Part shown: one piece after another, positions 1 through 7,718 of the stretch
Layout of the letters: the number at the start of each line of letters is the position of its first letter
Numbering within the stretch: position 1 is the stretch's first letter
Assembly (NCBI GenBank): GCA_051651645.1
Contig: JBOFSR010000016.1
Span: 1-56,993 of the forward strand
Reading direction: 5' to 3'
Source: Treponemataceae bacterium
GTDB lineage: Bacteria; Spirochaetota; Spirochaetia; Treponematales; Treponemataceae
Length of the DNA stretch: 56,993 nucleotides
Notes under the pieces: model-generated
What the model was told of the DNA's origin: nothing
The model's database searches: none
What the model saw: only the letters and a program-made list of their open reading frames with translations
Made by a program: the position numbers and the translations under genes

Positions 1-44
1 CGTAAAATATCATTTATAATGACTTTTGATAATGATTCAAACAT
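1..44 (-). CDS. N-terminal fragment of a membrane protein, possibly a PTS EIIC-type permease (runs off the window)
   Basis: ATG at 44..42 overlaps the TAA of the preceding IIB gene (TAATG). Only 14 codons are visible (MFESLSKVIINDIL). The functional guess rests only on its position after a PTS IIB gene. Confidence 0.3.
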   Translation of the reverse strand, partial: MFESLSKVIINDIL

Positions 45-325
45 TATTTTCCTCCTAGTTTGTTGAGAGTTTCTAAAATATCTTCTCTTATTTTGCGCTC
101 ACTCACATAGCTACGAATAAGAGCCACATTTTTGCAGTTTGTTAGCATAGGAGCTATTTCTTTAACGGTGATTGCTAAATCGACATCTGCTGAATTAGCA
201 GAATTAACATCTGCAGACTTCACACTTGCGTCTATACTTTCATCTGCACAAATCTTTTCAACAACACCCTTTGCCATAAGACTACTGCCAATGCCATTTC
301 CGCATACTGTTAATATTTTTAACAT
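44..325 (-). CDS. PTS sugar transporter subunit IIB (ascorbate/galactitol-type PTS_IIB)
   Basis: 93 aa. The N-terminal MLKILTVCGNGIGSS phospho-cysteine loop is typical of SgaB/UlaB-like IIB domains. GGAGG lies 6 nt upstream of the ATG. Confidence 0.7.
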   Translation of the reverse strand: MLKILTVCGNGIGSSLMAKGVVEKICADESIDASVKSADVNSANSADVDLAITVKEIAPMLTNCKNVALIRSYVSERKIREDILETLNKLGGK

Positions 326-348
326 AAAACCTCCTTAAATGACTTTAG

Positions 349-377
349 ATTATAAGTCAAGATTTTCATTCTGTCAA
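349..377 (-). promoter_or_regulatory. Consensus sigma70-type promoter for the PTS IIB gene
   Basis: On the minus strand TTGACA (377..372), a 17-nt spacer and TATAAT (354..349). It sits about 25 nt upstream of the IIB start codon, with GGAGG in between. Confidence 0.6.
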
Positions 378-439
378 ATTTATTTTTTATTTTAATTTTA
401 TGCTGAAAAATTCGCTTGTATATTTTGAAAGAAGCGTTG

Positions 440-997
440 CTAGGAAAGATAGTTTTTTATGATAGGACGAAATCGGTTTACAATAAAAGTCATCACAATT
501 ACTTTTATTAGCGTGCCAAAAATGTATGGCAAAAAAACAATGATTAGCGATGATGTAAAGGACTTGTTTGTTATTCTGCTAAAACCGAATGCTCCGCAGA
601 CAAAAACAATTGCTGTACTAAGGATGACGGCGATGCTTATTATGAGTAGCCTGTAAAGCTGACTTTTGATTTTATCTGATAAAAAAACTCTTAAAAAAAG
701 CCCTCCAATTACAGAAGCGAAAAAGTAGCCGACAAGAAATCCTCCCGTTACTCCTGCAATAATTATGCTTAATCCTGCCTTTCCAGAAAAAACGGGAAGC
801 CCAATTATGCCAAGAGATAAAAAAACTGCAACAGACGCACCGCCTAAAAAAGAGCCGAGCAACAGTCCAGAAAGCATTGCAAGCATGTCTTGTATAACAA
901 TAGGAATTCCCGTTGGTAAGGGAATTTGAATAAAAGAGCCTGCACAAATAAGAGCGGTAAACAACGCCACTAAAATAATTTTTTTTTGTTTGTTCAT
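440..997 (-). CDS. bioY: BioY-family biotin transporter S-component
   Basis: Polytopic protein with BioY-like blocks IQIPLP..IPIVIQDMLAMLSGLLLG and GLPVFSG..GGFLVGYFFAS. I prefer the ATG at 997 (MNKQKK) over the TTG at 1012 given in the ORF track. Confidence 0.75.
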   Translation of the reverse strand: MNKQKKIILVALFTALICAGSFIQIPLPTGIPIVIQDMLAMLSGLLLGSFLGGASVAVFLSLGIIGLPVFSGKAGLSIIIAGVTGGFLVGYFFASVIGGLFLRVFLSDKIKSQLYRLLIISIAVILSTAIVFVCGAFGFSRITNKSFTSSLIIVFLPYIFGTLIKVIVMTFIVNRFRPIIKNYLS

Positions 998-1003
998 GGG
1001 TTC

Positions 1004-1032
1004 ATTATACAAGGTAGAGGCATCTAGTGCAA
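1004..1032 (-). promoter_or_regulatory. Putative promoter placing the TSS at or next to the bioY ATG (leaderless geometry)
   Basis: On the minus strand TTGCAC (1032..1027), 17 nt, TATAAT (1009..1004), then 6 nt (GAACCC) and the ATG at 997. No Shine-Dalgarno sequence is present. Confidence 0.4.
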
Positions 1033-1256
1033 GACGAATTTTAGAGTTATAATAGTTAAATTGAAACAGATTTTTTTTGCTCAGTTGTGATTTTTATTTA
1101 CAGATAAAATTTCTCAAACGCTAAAATTAGATTAAAAATATCCAATTTATTTGACTTTCTTTTGCCAAGAAATTATTTTAAACGTATTCTAATTATGTAT
1201 TTTCCTTTAGCCAATCTTTTTGGAAATGCTCATAAAATAAATATTTAGGAAGTTGT

Positions 1257-1481
1257 ATGAAAAAATTATTTACGGTAGACGGAATGTCTTGTAATCACTG
1301 CGTTAATCACGTTACAGAAGCGGTTTTAGAAATTAATGGCGTTAAAGAAGCTTTGGTCGATTTGGCAAAAAAAGAATTGAGCGTTGAATTTAATGATGAA
1401 AAAATCTGTGCTGATGATATTATAGCGGCCGTTGAAAACGCCGTCGTCAACGCAGGCTATGAATGCTCTGTTAAAGCGTAA
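1257..1481 (+). CDS. copZ: Heavy-metal-associated (HMA) copper chaperone
   Basis: 74 aa with a GMSCNHC metal-binding motif. AGGAAG RBS. It lies immediately upstream of the P-type ATPase gene. Confidence 0.85.
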   Translation: MKKLFTVDGMSCNHCVNHVTEAVLEINGVKEALVDLAKKELSVEFNDEKICADDIIAAVENAVVNAGYECSVKA

Positions 1482-1515
1482 TTTTCTCTATAATAATTCA
1501 AATTAAGGAATAAAA

Positions 1516-3771
1516 ATGGAAGTATCTCTAAAAATTATGGGCATGACGTGTGCAGCCTGTGCTGCCCGTGTGCAAAAAGTCGTATCAAAAAAAGATGGCG
1601 TTCGTGAATGCTCGGTTAATATTGCGACAGAGCGAATGAGTGCGTCATTTGACGAAAAGCTTATTTCCATTGATGATATAAAAAAAGCGGTCGAAAAAAG
1701 CGGGTATGGCTGGCAAGAATTAAAAAAAACAAATGCTGAAAATATTGACACTGATAAAATCGCCAAGGAAAAGGCAATTCGAACGCTAGAGACAAAAACG
1801 CTCGTGGCAATTATTTTTACGCTCCCGCTGCTTTACGTTGCAATGGGACACATGCTCCCTGTTGGCATGACTTTGCCACTTCCTCATATATTCCACCCTG
1901 CCATGTTTCCTCTCAATTTTGCACTTTTGCAATTATTGCTGACAATCCCAATCGTGATTGCAGGACATCAATTTTATACAGTTGGATTTAAGGCTTTGTG
2001 GCTTTTGGCTCCGAACATGGACAGCTTAATTGCCATTGGAACGAGTGCTGCGATTGGCTATAGCGTATATGGCATGAGTGAAATTGCTGGTGGGGACGCA
2101 AGTTTTGCTATGAATCTGTATTTTGAAACCGCTGGCGTCATCATTGCCCTCATTTTGCTTGGAAAAACGTTCGAATCCATTTCAAAAGGTAAAACGAGCG
2201 AAGCGATAAAAAAACTGATGGGGCTTACTCCAAAAACAGCGATTATCATAAAAAACGGCATCGAAACAGAAATCCCCCTTGAGCAGGTGATGATCGGTGA
2301 TGTGATTTTAGTCAAACCGGGGTCAAAAATTCCTGTCGATGGCGTGGTAATTTTTGGGCATACAGCGATTGACGAAGCAATGCTTACAGGCGAGAGCCTT
2401 CCCGTTGAGAAAAACATAGGCGACAAGGTATTTGCCGCAAGCATCAATAAAAATGGCGTTATTCACTTTAGAGCGGAAAAAGTTGGCTCTGATACCGCTC
2501 TTGCACAAATCATCAAGTTGGTGGAAGATGCACAGGATTCCAAAGCGCCGATTGCAAAAATGGCGGATATCGTTTCTGGCTACTTTGTGCCGATTGTTTT
2601 TGGCATTGCGGTCGTTGCAGGCCTTGCGTGGTTTATTTCTGGGCAAACTTTCGTCTTTTCGTTGACTATTTTTATTGCCGTACTTGTCATTGCCTGCCCA
2701 TGTGCATTGGGGCTTGCAACACCGACGGCGATCATGGTTGGGACGGGGAAGGGTGCCGAGAAAGGCATTTTAATAAAGGGTGGCGAGGCTTTGGAAATTG
2801 CTTACTCAATTCAGACCGTCGTGTTTGACAAAACTGGCACAATCACCGAAGGCAAACCAAGCCTTACGGACATTATTCAAAGTGATTTTGCCTCAGATGA
2901 TCAGTTTTTGCAATTGGTTGCAAGCTGCGAAAATGCAAGCGAGCATCCCCTTGCCGAAGCCATCGTCGTGGCGGCAAAAAATAAAAATCTTGCCTTAACT
3001 CCCATTGAGCAAATGCAAAGCTTTGAAAACCTTGAAGGACGGGGAATTAGTGCACAAATTGATTCTGATATTTTCTTTATTGGTAACAAAAAACTCATGG
3101 ATGAAAAAAATATTTCCATTGATAAATTTCTTTTCGATTCAAATCGTCTTGCAGAAGAGGGAAAAACACCGATGTTCGTGGCAAAAAATAATACGCTGAC
3201 AGGAATCATCGCCGTTGCAGATACGGTTAAACAATCGAGTAAGGCTGCCATTGAAAAACTCCATTCGCTCGGCATTGAAGTTGCTATGATTACAGGAGAT
3301 AACGAAAAAACAGCAAAGGCGATTGCACGGCTTGTGGGAATTGATACCGTTTTGGCAGAAGTTCTTCCGCACGATAAGGCAGCTCAAGTGAAAAAATTGC
3401 AAAGCGAGGGCAAAAAAGTTGCTATGGTGGGGGATGGCATTAATGATGCACCAGCCCTTGCGCAGGCAGATATTGGGATTGCCATCGGAAATGGCACCGA
3501 TGTTGCTATGGAATCAGCGGATATAGTACTGATGCGAAGTGATTTAATGGATGTTCCGTCAGCAATTGATTTAAGCAAGCGAACGATCAAAAACATTAAG
3601 CAAAATCTTTTTTGGGCATTCGCATATAACTCAGCAGGAATTCCGCTTGCCGCAGGCGTTTTATACATCTTTGGAGGACCCCTCCTCAACCCAGTTTTTG
3701 CAGCCCTTGCCATGAGTTTTAGCTCTGTAAGCGTCGTCCTCAATGCATTACGACTAAAGCGAATAAAGTAA
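1516..3771 (+). CDS. copA: Copper-translocating P1B-type ATPase
   Basis: 751 aa. It has an N-terminal HMA domain (GMTCAACA), the TM CPC motif ([11 protein letters not shown]), the DKTGT phosphorylation site, and TGDN and GDGINDAP motifs. Confidence 0.95.
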   Translation: MEVSLKIMGMTCAACAARVQKVVSKKDGVRECSVNIATERMSASFDEKLISIDDIKKAVEKSGYGWQELKKTNAENIDTDKIAKEKAIRTLETKTLVAIIFTLPLLYVAMGHMLPVGMTLPLPHIFHPAMFPLNFALLQLLLTIPIVIAGHQFYTVGFKALWLLAPNMDSLIAIGTSAAIGYSVYGMSEIAGGDASFAMNLYFETAGVIIALILLGKTFESISKGKTSEAIKKLMGLTPKTAIIIKNGIETEIPLEQVMIGDVILVKPGSKIPVDGVVIFGHTAIDEAMLTGESLPVEKNIGDKVFAASINKNGVIHFRAEKVGSDTALAQIIKLVEDAQDSKAPIAKMADIVSGYFVPIVFGIAVVAGLAWFISGQTFVFSLTIFIAVLVIACPCALGLATPTAIMVGTGKGAEKGILIKGGEALEIAYSIQTVVFDKTGTITEGKPSLTDIIQSDFASDDQFLQLVASCENASEHPLAEAIVVAAKNKNLALTPIEQMQSFENLEGRGISAQIDSDIFFIGNKKLMDEKNISIDKFLFDSNRLAEEGKTPMFVAKNNTLTGIIAVADTVKQSSKAAIEKLHSLGIEVAMITGDNEKTAKAIARLVGIDTVLAEVLPHDKAAQVKKLQSEGKKVAMVGDGINDAPALAQADIGIAIGNGTDVAMESADIVLMRSDLMDVPSAIDLSKRTIKNIKQNLFWAFAYNSAGIPLAAGVLYIFGGPLLNPVFAALAMSFSSVSVVLNALRLKRIK

Positions 3772-3823
3772 TTACAAAGCAACTATAAAGAAAAAAGACG
3801 CTAACAGATAGAACCTTACAATC

Positions 3824-4264
3824 CTATACTTTAGAGGGTATTGCTTTGCTACAAAGACTACATCCAATCACATGAATATGATGCCGATTTGTTTTATGTT
3901 CATACAAGTTAGAAATTAAAAATCCATCATTGGGCAAGTCTTTTTTGCAAACAGGACAAACTCGTTTTACAGAAGATCCAGAGTGATGATAACAATAAGG
4001 GCAGCCAAAAATTTTGCACTTTGAGTCAGTATTTTTTGAGTTTTCATACACAATTGAATGCAATTTTTCATGTTGCGTTAAAACTGACTGGCAAATTGGG
4101 CAGTGCCCTGTAATTTCACCCTTTCCCTGTGAAGAATATATTTTTTTTGCGGTATTAGAAAGAAAAAAAGATCTTTTTTTCAAGTGATAATTATCAAGAT
4201 ACAGCCCTCCTGTGAAGAGCAGGAGAATTATTATCGCAAACAAACTTATTAATAGATAAAACAT
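3824..4264 (-). CDS. Membrane-anchored cysteine-rich protein (two predicted zinc ribbons), function unknown
   Basis: 146 aa. It has an N-terminal hydrophobic helix followed by four CxxC pairs (CPIC, CPYC, CPVC, CSLC). No family recognised. Confidence 0.5.
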   Translation of the reverse strand: MFYLLISLFAIIILLLFTGGLYLDNYHLKKRSFFLSNTAKKIYSSQGKGEITGHCPICQSVLTQHEKLHSIVYENSKNTDSKCKIFGCPYCYHHSGSSVKRVCPVCKKDLPNDGFLISNLYEHKTNRHHIHVIGCSLCSKAIPSKV

Positions 4265-4309
4265 TTACCTAAATAATCGGCGTATTCACTTGATTTAAAC
4301 ACTTAATTA

Positions 4310-5035
4310 TTGTATATTTACTGTGTGTCAACTTTATATATTGTAGCAACTCCAATAGGGAATTTAGGTGATATAACTTTTCGAGCTATTGAAACGCTTA
4401 AACAAGTTGATTATATTGCGTGCGAAGATACTCGCCACACATTACGCCTTTTGACGCATTTTGCTATCCAAAAGCCGCTTTTATCGTGCAGAATGCAAAA
4501 TGAAACAAAGGCAGCAGAAAAAATTATAGGGCTTTTAACAGAAGGAAAAAGGGTTGCATTTGTAAGCGATGCGGGAACGCCAAGTTTAAGCGACCCTGGA
4601 TCCGAACTTGTAGCCCTCGTTCGCCAAGCAGGTTTTGTTGTTAGTCCTATTCCTGGGGCGTCTGCTTTTGCGGCAATTGTGAGTGTTGCAGGTTGTGGTG
4701 GAAAATCTATTCTATTTGATGGATTTTTATCTGTAAAGCCTGGCAAGCGGAGAAAACGCTTAAGCTTTTTGATACAAAGTGGATTTTCTATTGTTTTATA
4801 TGAATCTCCCTTTAGAATCACTAAACTTTTGCAGGATATTGCCGATATTAATGATGAGCGTCTTATTGTTGTTGGCAGAGAGCTTTCTAAATTACACGAA
4901 GAAATTCTTGTAGGATCTGCTAGCAAACTATTAGAAGCCTTTGCTGAACGGACAAAAATTTTGGGAGAGTTTGTCGTCCTTATTCATGGTGAAAAAAATG
5001 TTCATAGGATTGAACAAAATACCGATACTATATAA
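4310..5035 (+). CDS. rsmI: 16S rRNA (cytidine1402-2'-O)-methyltransferase RsmI
   Basis: LYIVATPIGNLGDIT and ACEDTRHT motifs of the tetrapyrrole-methylase-fold RsmI family. The start is uncertain (TTG at 4310 or GTG at 4325). Confidence 0.85.
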   Translation: MYIYCVSTLYIVATPIGNLGDITFRAIETLKQVDYIACEDTRHTLRLLTHFAIQKPLLSCRMQNETKAAEKIIGLLTEGKRVAFVSDAGTPSLSDPGSELVALVRQAGFVVSPIPGASAFAAIVSVAGCGGKSILFDGFLSVKPGKRRKRLSFLIQSGFSIVLYESPFRITKLLQDIADINDERLIVVGRELSKLHEEILVGSASKLLEAFAERTKILGEFVVLIHGEKNVHRIEQNTDTI

Positions 5036-5051
5036 ACAGGATGGTTAAAAT

Positions 5052-5339
5052 ATGGTAATTGATCGATTAGCGGGCATTGATCCTCTAAAAAATGTACAAA
5101 GTTCTCAAAAACCGTACAACAAAACTACAAATAGTGTAGAATCTGATTCTATTTCTGTTTCTTCAGAAGCAAAGTTGATGGCGGAAGCTTATCGTTTAAA
5201 TGAAGTAGCTGCTGCAACTCCAGATGTTAGATTGGATAGAATTGCAGAAGTACGTGAAAAGATAAAAGATCCAAATTATATTACCGATACTGTCCTTAAT
5301 GATGTTGCAGATCGTATTATGAACCAGTTTGGAATTTAG
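5052..5339 (+). CDS. flgM: Flagellar anti-sigma-28 factor FlgM
   Basis: 95 aa. The C-terminal block VRLDRIAEVREKIKDPNYITDT..VADRIM matches the FlgM family pattern. Confidence 0.7.
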   Translation: MVIDRLAGIDPLKNVQSSQKPYNKTTNSVESDSISVSSEAKLMAEAYRLNEVAAATPDVRLDRIAEVREKIKDPNYITDTVLNDVADRIMNQFGI

Positions 5340-5355
5340 GTTTTCCTAGTATTTA

Positions 5356-5847
5356 ATGATAAAAAGTAAATTACAATTCACATTTTTTCAAAAAATCCTT
5401 CTTGGTATTGTAGCTTTTATTTTATTTATAATATTATTCGGTACCATTTTTGTTTTTTTAACAAAGAAAGCTCAAATAGGCTCTGGTCTAAGGAAAACTG
5501 ATCCTTCGCCAGAGCAAATTATAAAAACCCTTAATAAAAATACTTCTATTTATAGTGATATTGGACAATTACGACTTGTAACAGCTGATATGCCGCCAAT
5601 CACCATCATTTTGACTCCTTATTTTCCCTACAGTCTTGAAGATTCTGCCTTTTACGAAGAAATTCTACAAAAAGCAAAGAAACTCAAAACGATTTTTTTT
5701 GAATACTTTGCCCATCGTACAAAAAACGAACTCCTACAGCTGGGCGAGACTGGTATTAAAGAAGAAATCATTGCACTTATTAATATGGAATTTGTTCTTG
5801 GTTCAATTTCTACAATCTATTTTGAAGATTATTTATTTTTAGATTAA
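5356..5847 (+). CDS. Single-pass membrane protein, FliL-like (tentative)
   Basis: 163 aa with one N-terminal TM. The C-terminal region (TILTPYF..., KNELLQLGETGIKEEIIALINMEF..ISTIYFEDY) resembles the FliL pattern, and the gene follows flgM. Confidence 0.4.
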   Translation: MIKSKLQFTFFQKILLGIVAFILFIILFGTIFVFLTKKAQIGSGLRKTDPSPEQIIKTLNKNTSIYSDIGQLRLVTADMPPITIILTPYFPYSLEDSAFYEEILQKAKKLKTIFFEYFAHRTKNELLQLGETGIKEEIIALINMEFVLGSISTIYFEDYLFLD

Positions 5848-5860
5848 TTTTACAAAAAAT

Positions 5861-5886
5861 GCAACTTTTCTTATTTTTATGCGTCT
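5861..5886 (+). promoter_or_regulatory. Putative ECF-type promoter (AAC-N16-CGTC)
   Basis: TGCAAC (5861..5866), a 16-nt T-rich spacer and CGTC (5883..5886). It lies 38 nt upstream of the 5924 ORF that heads the membrane protein/ECF sigma/anti-sigma cluster. Confidence 0.35.
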
Positions 5887-5923
5887 AAAATAATGTAATT
5901 CCTATAAAACTTAAGGAGAAATT

Positions 5924-6253
5924 ATGACAGAAACAATAGCTAGCCCTGCAGCACAAGTAATTATTGCAGTTATTCCAATTGTTGGTATTGTAATCGGTGG
6001 TATTGTAATGTTTTTTTATATTTTGTGGCGACACAAGCAAGTTTCACTTTTGATAAAAAATAATATGTACAACCCCACGCAGTTCAATTTGAAAATGTTT
6101 TCATTATTAGTTGGACTTTTACTTGTTGCAGTTGGCGTCGTGCTAACTCCTCTTTTTTTGATTCTTGAAAAGGTTTCCTACACCTTACTTGGCGGCTTAA
6201 TTCCATTTTCTTTAGGAATAGGAATGATTGTTTTTTACAAGTTGTACAAATAG
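5924..6253 (+). CDS. Small membrane protein (about 3 TM), unknown function
   Basis: 109 aa, hydrophobic. A strong AAGGAG RBS lies 7 nt upstream. It sits directly upstream of the ECF sigma gene. Confidence 0.6.
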   Translation: MTETIASPAAQVIIAVIPIVGIVIGGIVMFFYILWRHKQVSLLIKNNMYNPTQFNLKMFSLLVGLLLVAVGVVLTPLFLILEKVSYTLLGGLIPFSLGIGMIVFYKLYK

Positions 6254-6262
6254 GATCACAGA

Positions 6263-6844
6263 GTGGGTATTCTTCCCTCGTTACTACGAAAAAAAAAACA
6301 AAAAGACGATGATATTTTTTTTATTACTGAAATCAAAAAAGGAAACAATCAATACTTTTCAGAGCTTGTAAGAAAATATGAAAAAAAAGTTAAAATGCTT
6401 GGCTTTAGTTTTTTCAAAAATTATTCGGATGTTGATGATTTTGCCCAAGAAGTTTTTCTCAAACTGTATATGGCCTTATCATCCTTTCGCGGAGACTCTC
6501 TTTTTTCAACATGGCTTTTACGCATTGCGTACAATACCGCTATTAACTCATCAAAGCGAACAAAACAATTCCTTTCTATGAGCGAGCAACTAGAATTAGT
6601 GGATACAAATTTTTCGCCTGAAGAAAATCATTTAAGAAAAGTCAGTGCAAAAACTATTGCAGATTCGATTAAAGATTTACCGAAACACTATGCCCACTGC
6701 GTTGAATTGTATTTTTTTTGCGATGTACCTTATAATGAAATTAGCGAAATTACTGGCCAGCCTGTAAACACAATCAAATCGCATATTTTCCGTGCAAAAA
6801 AATTACTACGCACAAAACTTGCAGATGAATTTATAGAAAATTAA
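6263..6844 (+). CDS. ECF-subfamily RNA polymerase sigma-70 factor
   Basis: Region 2 (DDFAQEVFLKLYMALSSFRGDSLFSTWLLRIAYNTAIN) and region 4 (VELYFFCDVPYNEISEITGQPVNTIKSHIFRAKKLL) are present. GTG start. No in-frame ATG lies upstream of region 2. Confidence 0.85.
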   Translation: MGILPSLLRKKKQKDDDIFFITEIKKGNNQYFSELVRKYEKKVKMLGFSFFKNYSDVDDFAQEVFLKLYMALSSFRGDSLFSTWLLRIAYNTAINSSKRTKQFLSMSEQLELVDTNFSPEENHLRKVSAKTIADSIKDLPKHYAHCVELYFFCDVPYNEISEITGQPVNTIKSHIFRAKKLLRTKLADEFIEN

Positions 6845-6860
6845 ATTTTAGGAGAAGACT

Positions 6861-7331
6861 ATGACGACGTGTGAAAAAATTATGGATATTTTCTTTGCTC
6901 TTGATAAAAATGAGCGACTGCCGCTTGCAGTTACTATGCATTTGCTGTTTTGCAAAAAATGCCGCTCCGAAGTGAGAATTTTAACGTTTGCCGAAAAAAA
7001 ATTATCTGAGCCACTTTATATTGATGTACCTCTGTCTAATTCGGCTGTGTCTTCAATTATGGATAAAATCGGCATCAATGATCAGCCTATACGAACTCAA
7101 ACTGTTTCACTTTTTAATTGGGTACTTGGTGGCATAGCAATGATTTTAGCAATTTTGATTTTTATGATTTTGCAAAAAAACCGATATTTTTCAAGCACTA
7201 CGCTTGTCGCTATTTTCTATACTGTTTTTGGCTGCTACCTTACAGCATATTGCGGGCTTTTCGTTGGCAGCAATCTTGATTTTTTTGTAAAAAAAATCTC
7301 ACTTATTCGATTTGCTCATCATACTGACTAA
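6861..7331 (+). CDS. Membrane anti-sigma factor (zf-HC2-like)
   Basis: 156 aa. It has an N-terminal H-x3-C-x2-C motif (HLLFCKKC) followed by TM segments. GGAG RBS. It lies immediately downstream of the ECF sigma gene. Confidence 0.65.
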   Translation: MTTCEKIMDIFFALDKNERLPLAVTMHLLFCKKCRSEVRILTFAEKKLSEPLYIDVPLSNSAVSSIMDKIGINDQPIRTQTVSLFNWVLGGIAMILAILIFMILQKNRYFSSTTLVAIFYTVFGCYLTAYCGLFVGSNLDFFVKKISLIRFAHHTD

Positions 7332-7380
7332 CAATTGGCTGTGAAAAAAAATTGCAATTAGTAAAAATGAGATAAAATTT

Positions 7381-7429
7381 AGGTTCTTGACTAGTTTAAA
7401 GGAGATTCCCTTAAACTAGTCAAGAACCT
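7381..7429. terminator. 49-nt hairpin (19-bp perfect stem), probable terminator of the ECF cluster or a protein-binding palindrome
   Basis: AGGTTCTTGACTAGTTTAA (7381..7399) is the exact reverse complement of 7411..7429. Three more pairs can form inside the 11-nt spacer. There is no clean U-tract on the plus strand. Confidence 0.45.
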
Positions 7430-7718
7430 ACAAAATGAATACAAGCTATAAAATTATATTTGCAAGCATAACATAGCAAAATTATATTGAAACAACACTT
7501 ATCATTCCACAGGAGAGAATCAATCACAATAAAAAACTTTGCAAAAGGGAAGAATCATATTAAAGGAATTGAAAATACGTACAAATACGTTAACTAAGAG
7601 ACACTTACATAACTTTAACAGAGTTGCAAACCAAATGCAAATAATTTATATTTTTTGCTAGTTCTCTAAAGCACCAAAAGGACTTTTCACTTTTCAAAAA
7701 ATTTACTACACTGATTGA

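Noticed and set aside
1013-1256. A CopY/CsoR or BirA operator in the bioY/copZ divergent region
   Set aside because: I found no TACAnnTGTA box, no GC-rich CsoR-type palindrome and no TGTAAAC...GTTTACA-type repeat. Only a weak TTGACT-N17-TATTTT promoter candidate is present (1151-1179).
2169-2178. GTTCGAATCC, a tRNA T-arm-like decamer
   Set aside because: It lies inside the copA reading frame, and I could see no flanking acceptor or anticodon stem pairing. I treat it as coincidence.
4411-4926. Long antisense or alternate-frame ORFs (4411-4926, 3384-3782, 41876-42295, 48788-49303, 51404-51808, 52898-53233)
   Set aside because: Each lies wholly inside a confidently identified gene (rsmI, copA, thioesterase, lnt, ruvA, reductase). 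They have low-complexity or unrecognisable translations and no RBS.
5021-5028. ACCGATAC upstream of flgM as a sigma-28 -10 box (GCCGATAA-like)
   Set aside because: No TAAA-type -35 element lies at the required spacing of about 15 nt (the sequence there is TCAT). The match is too weak to call.
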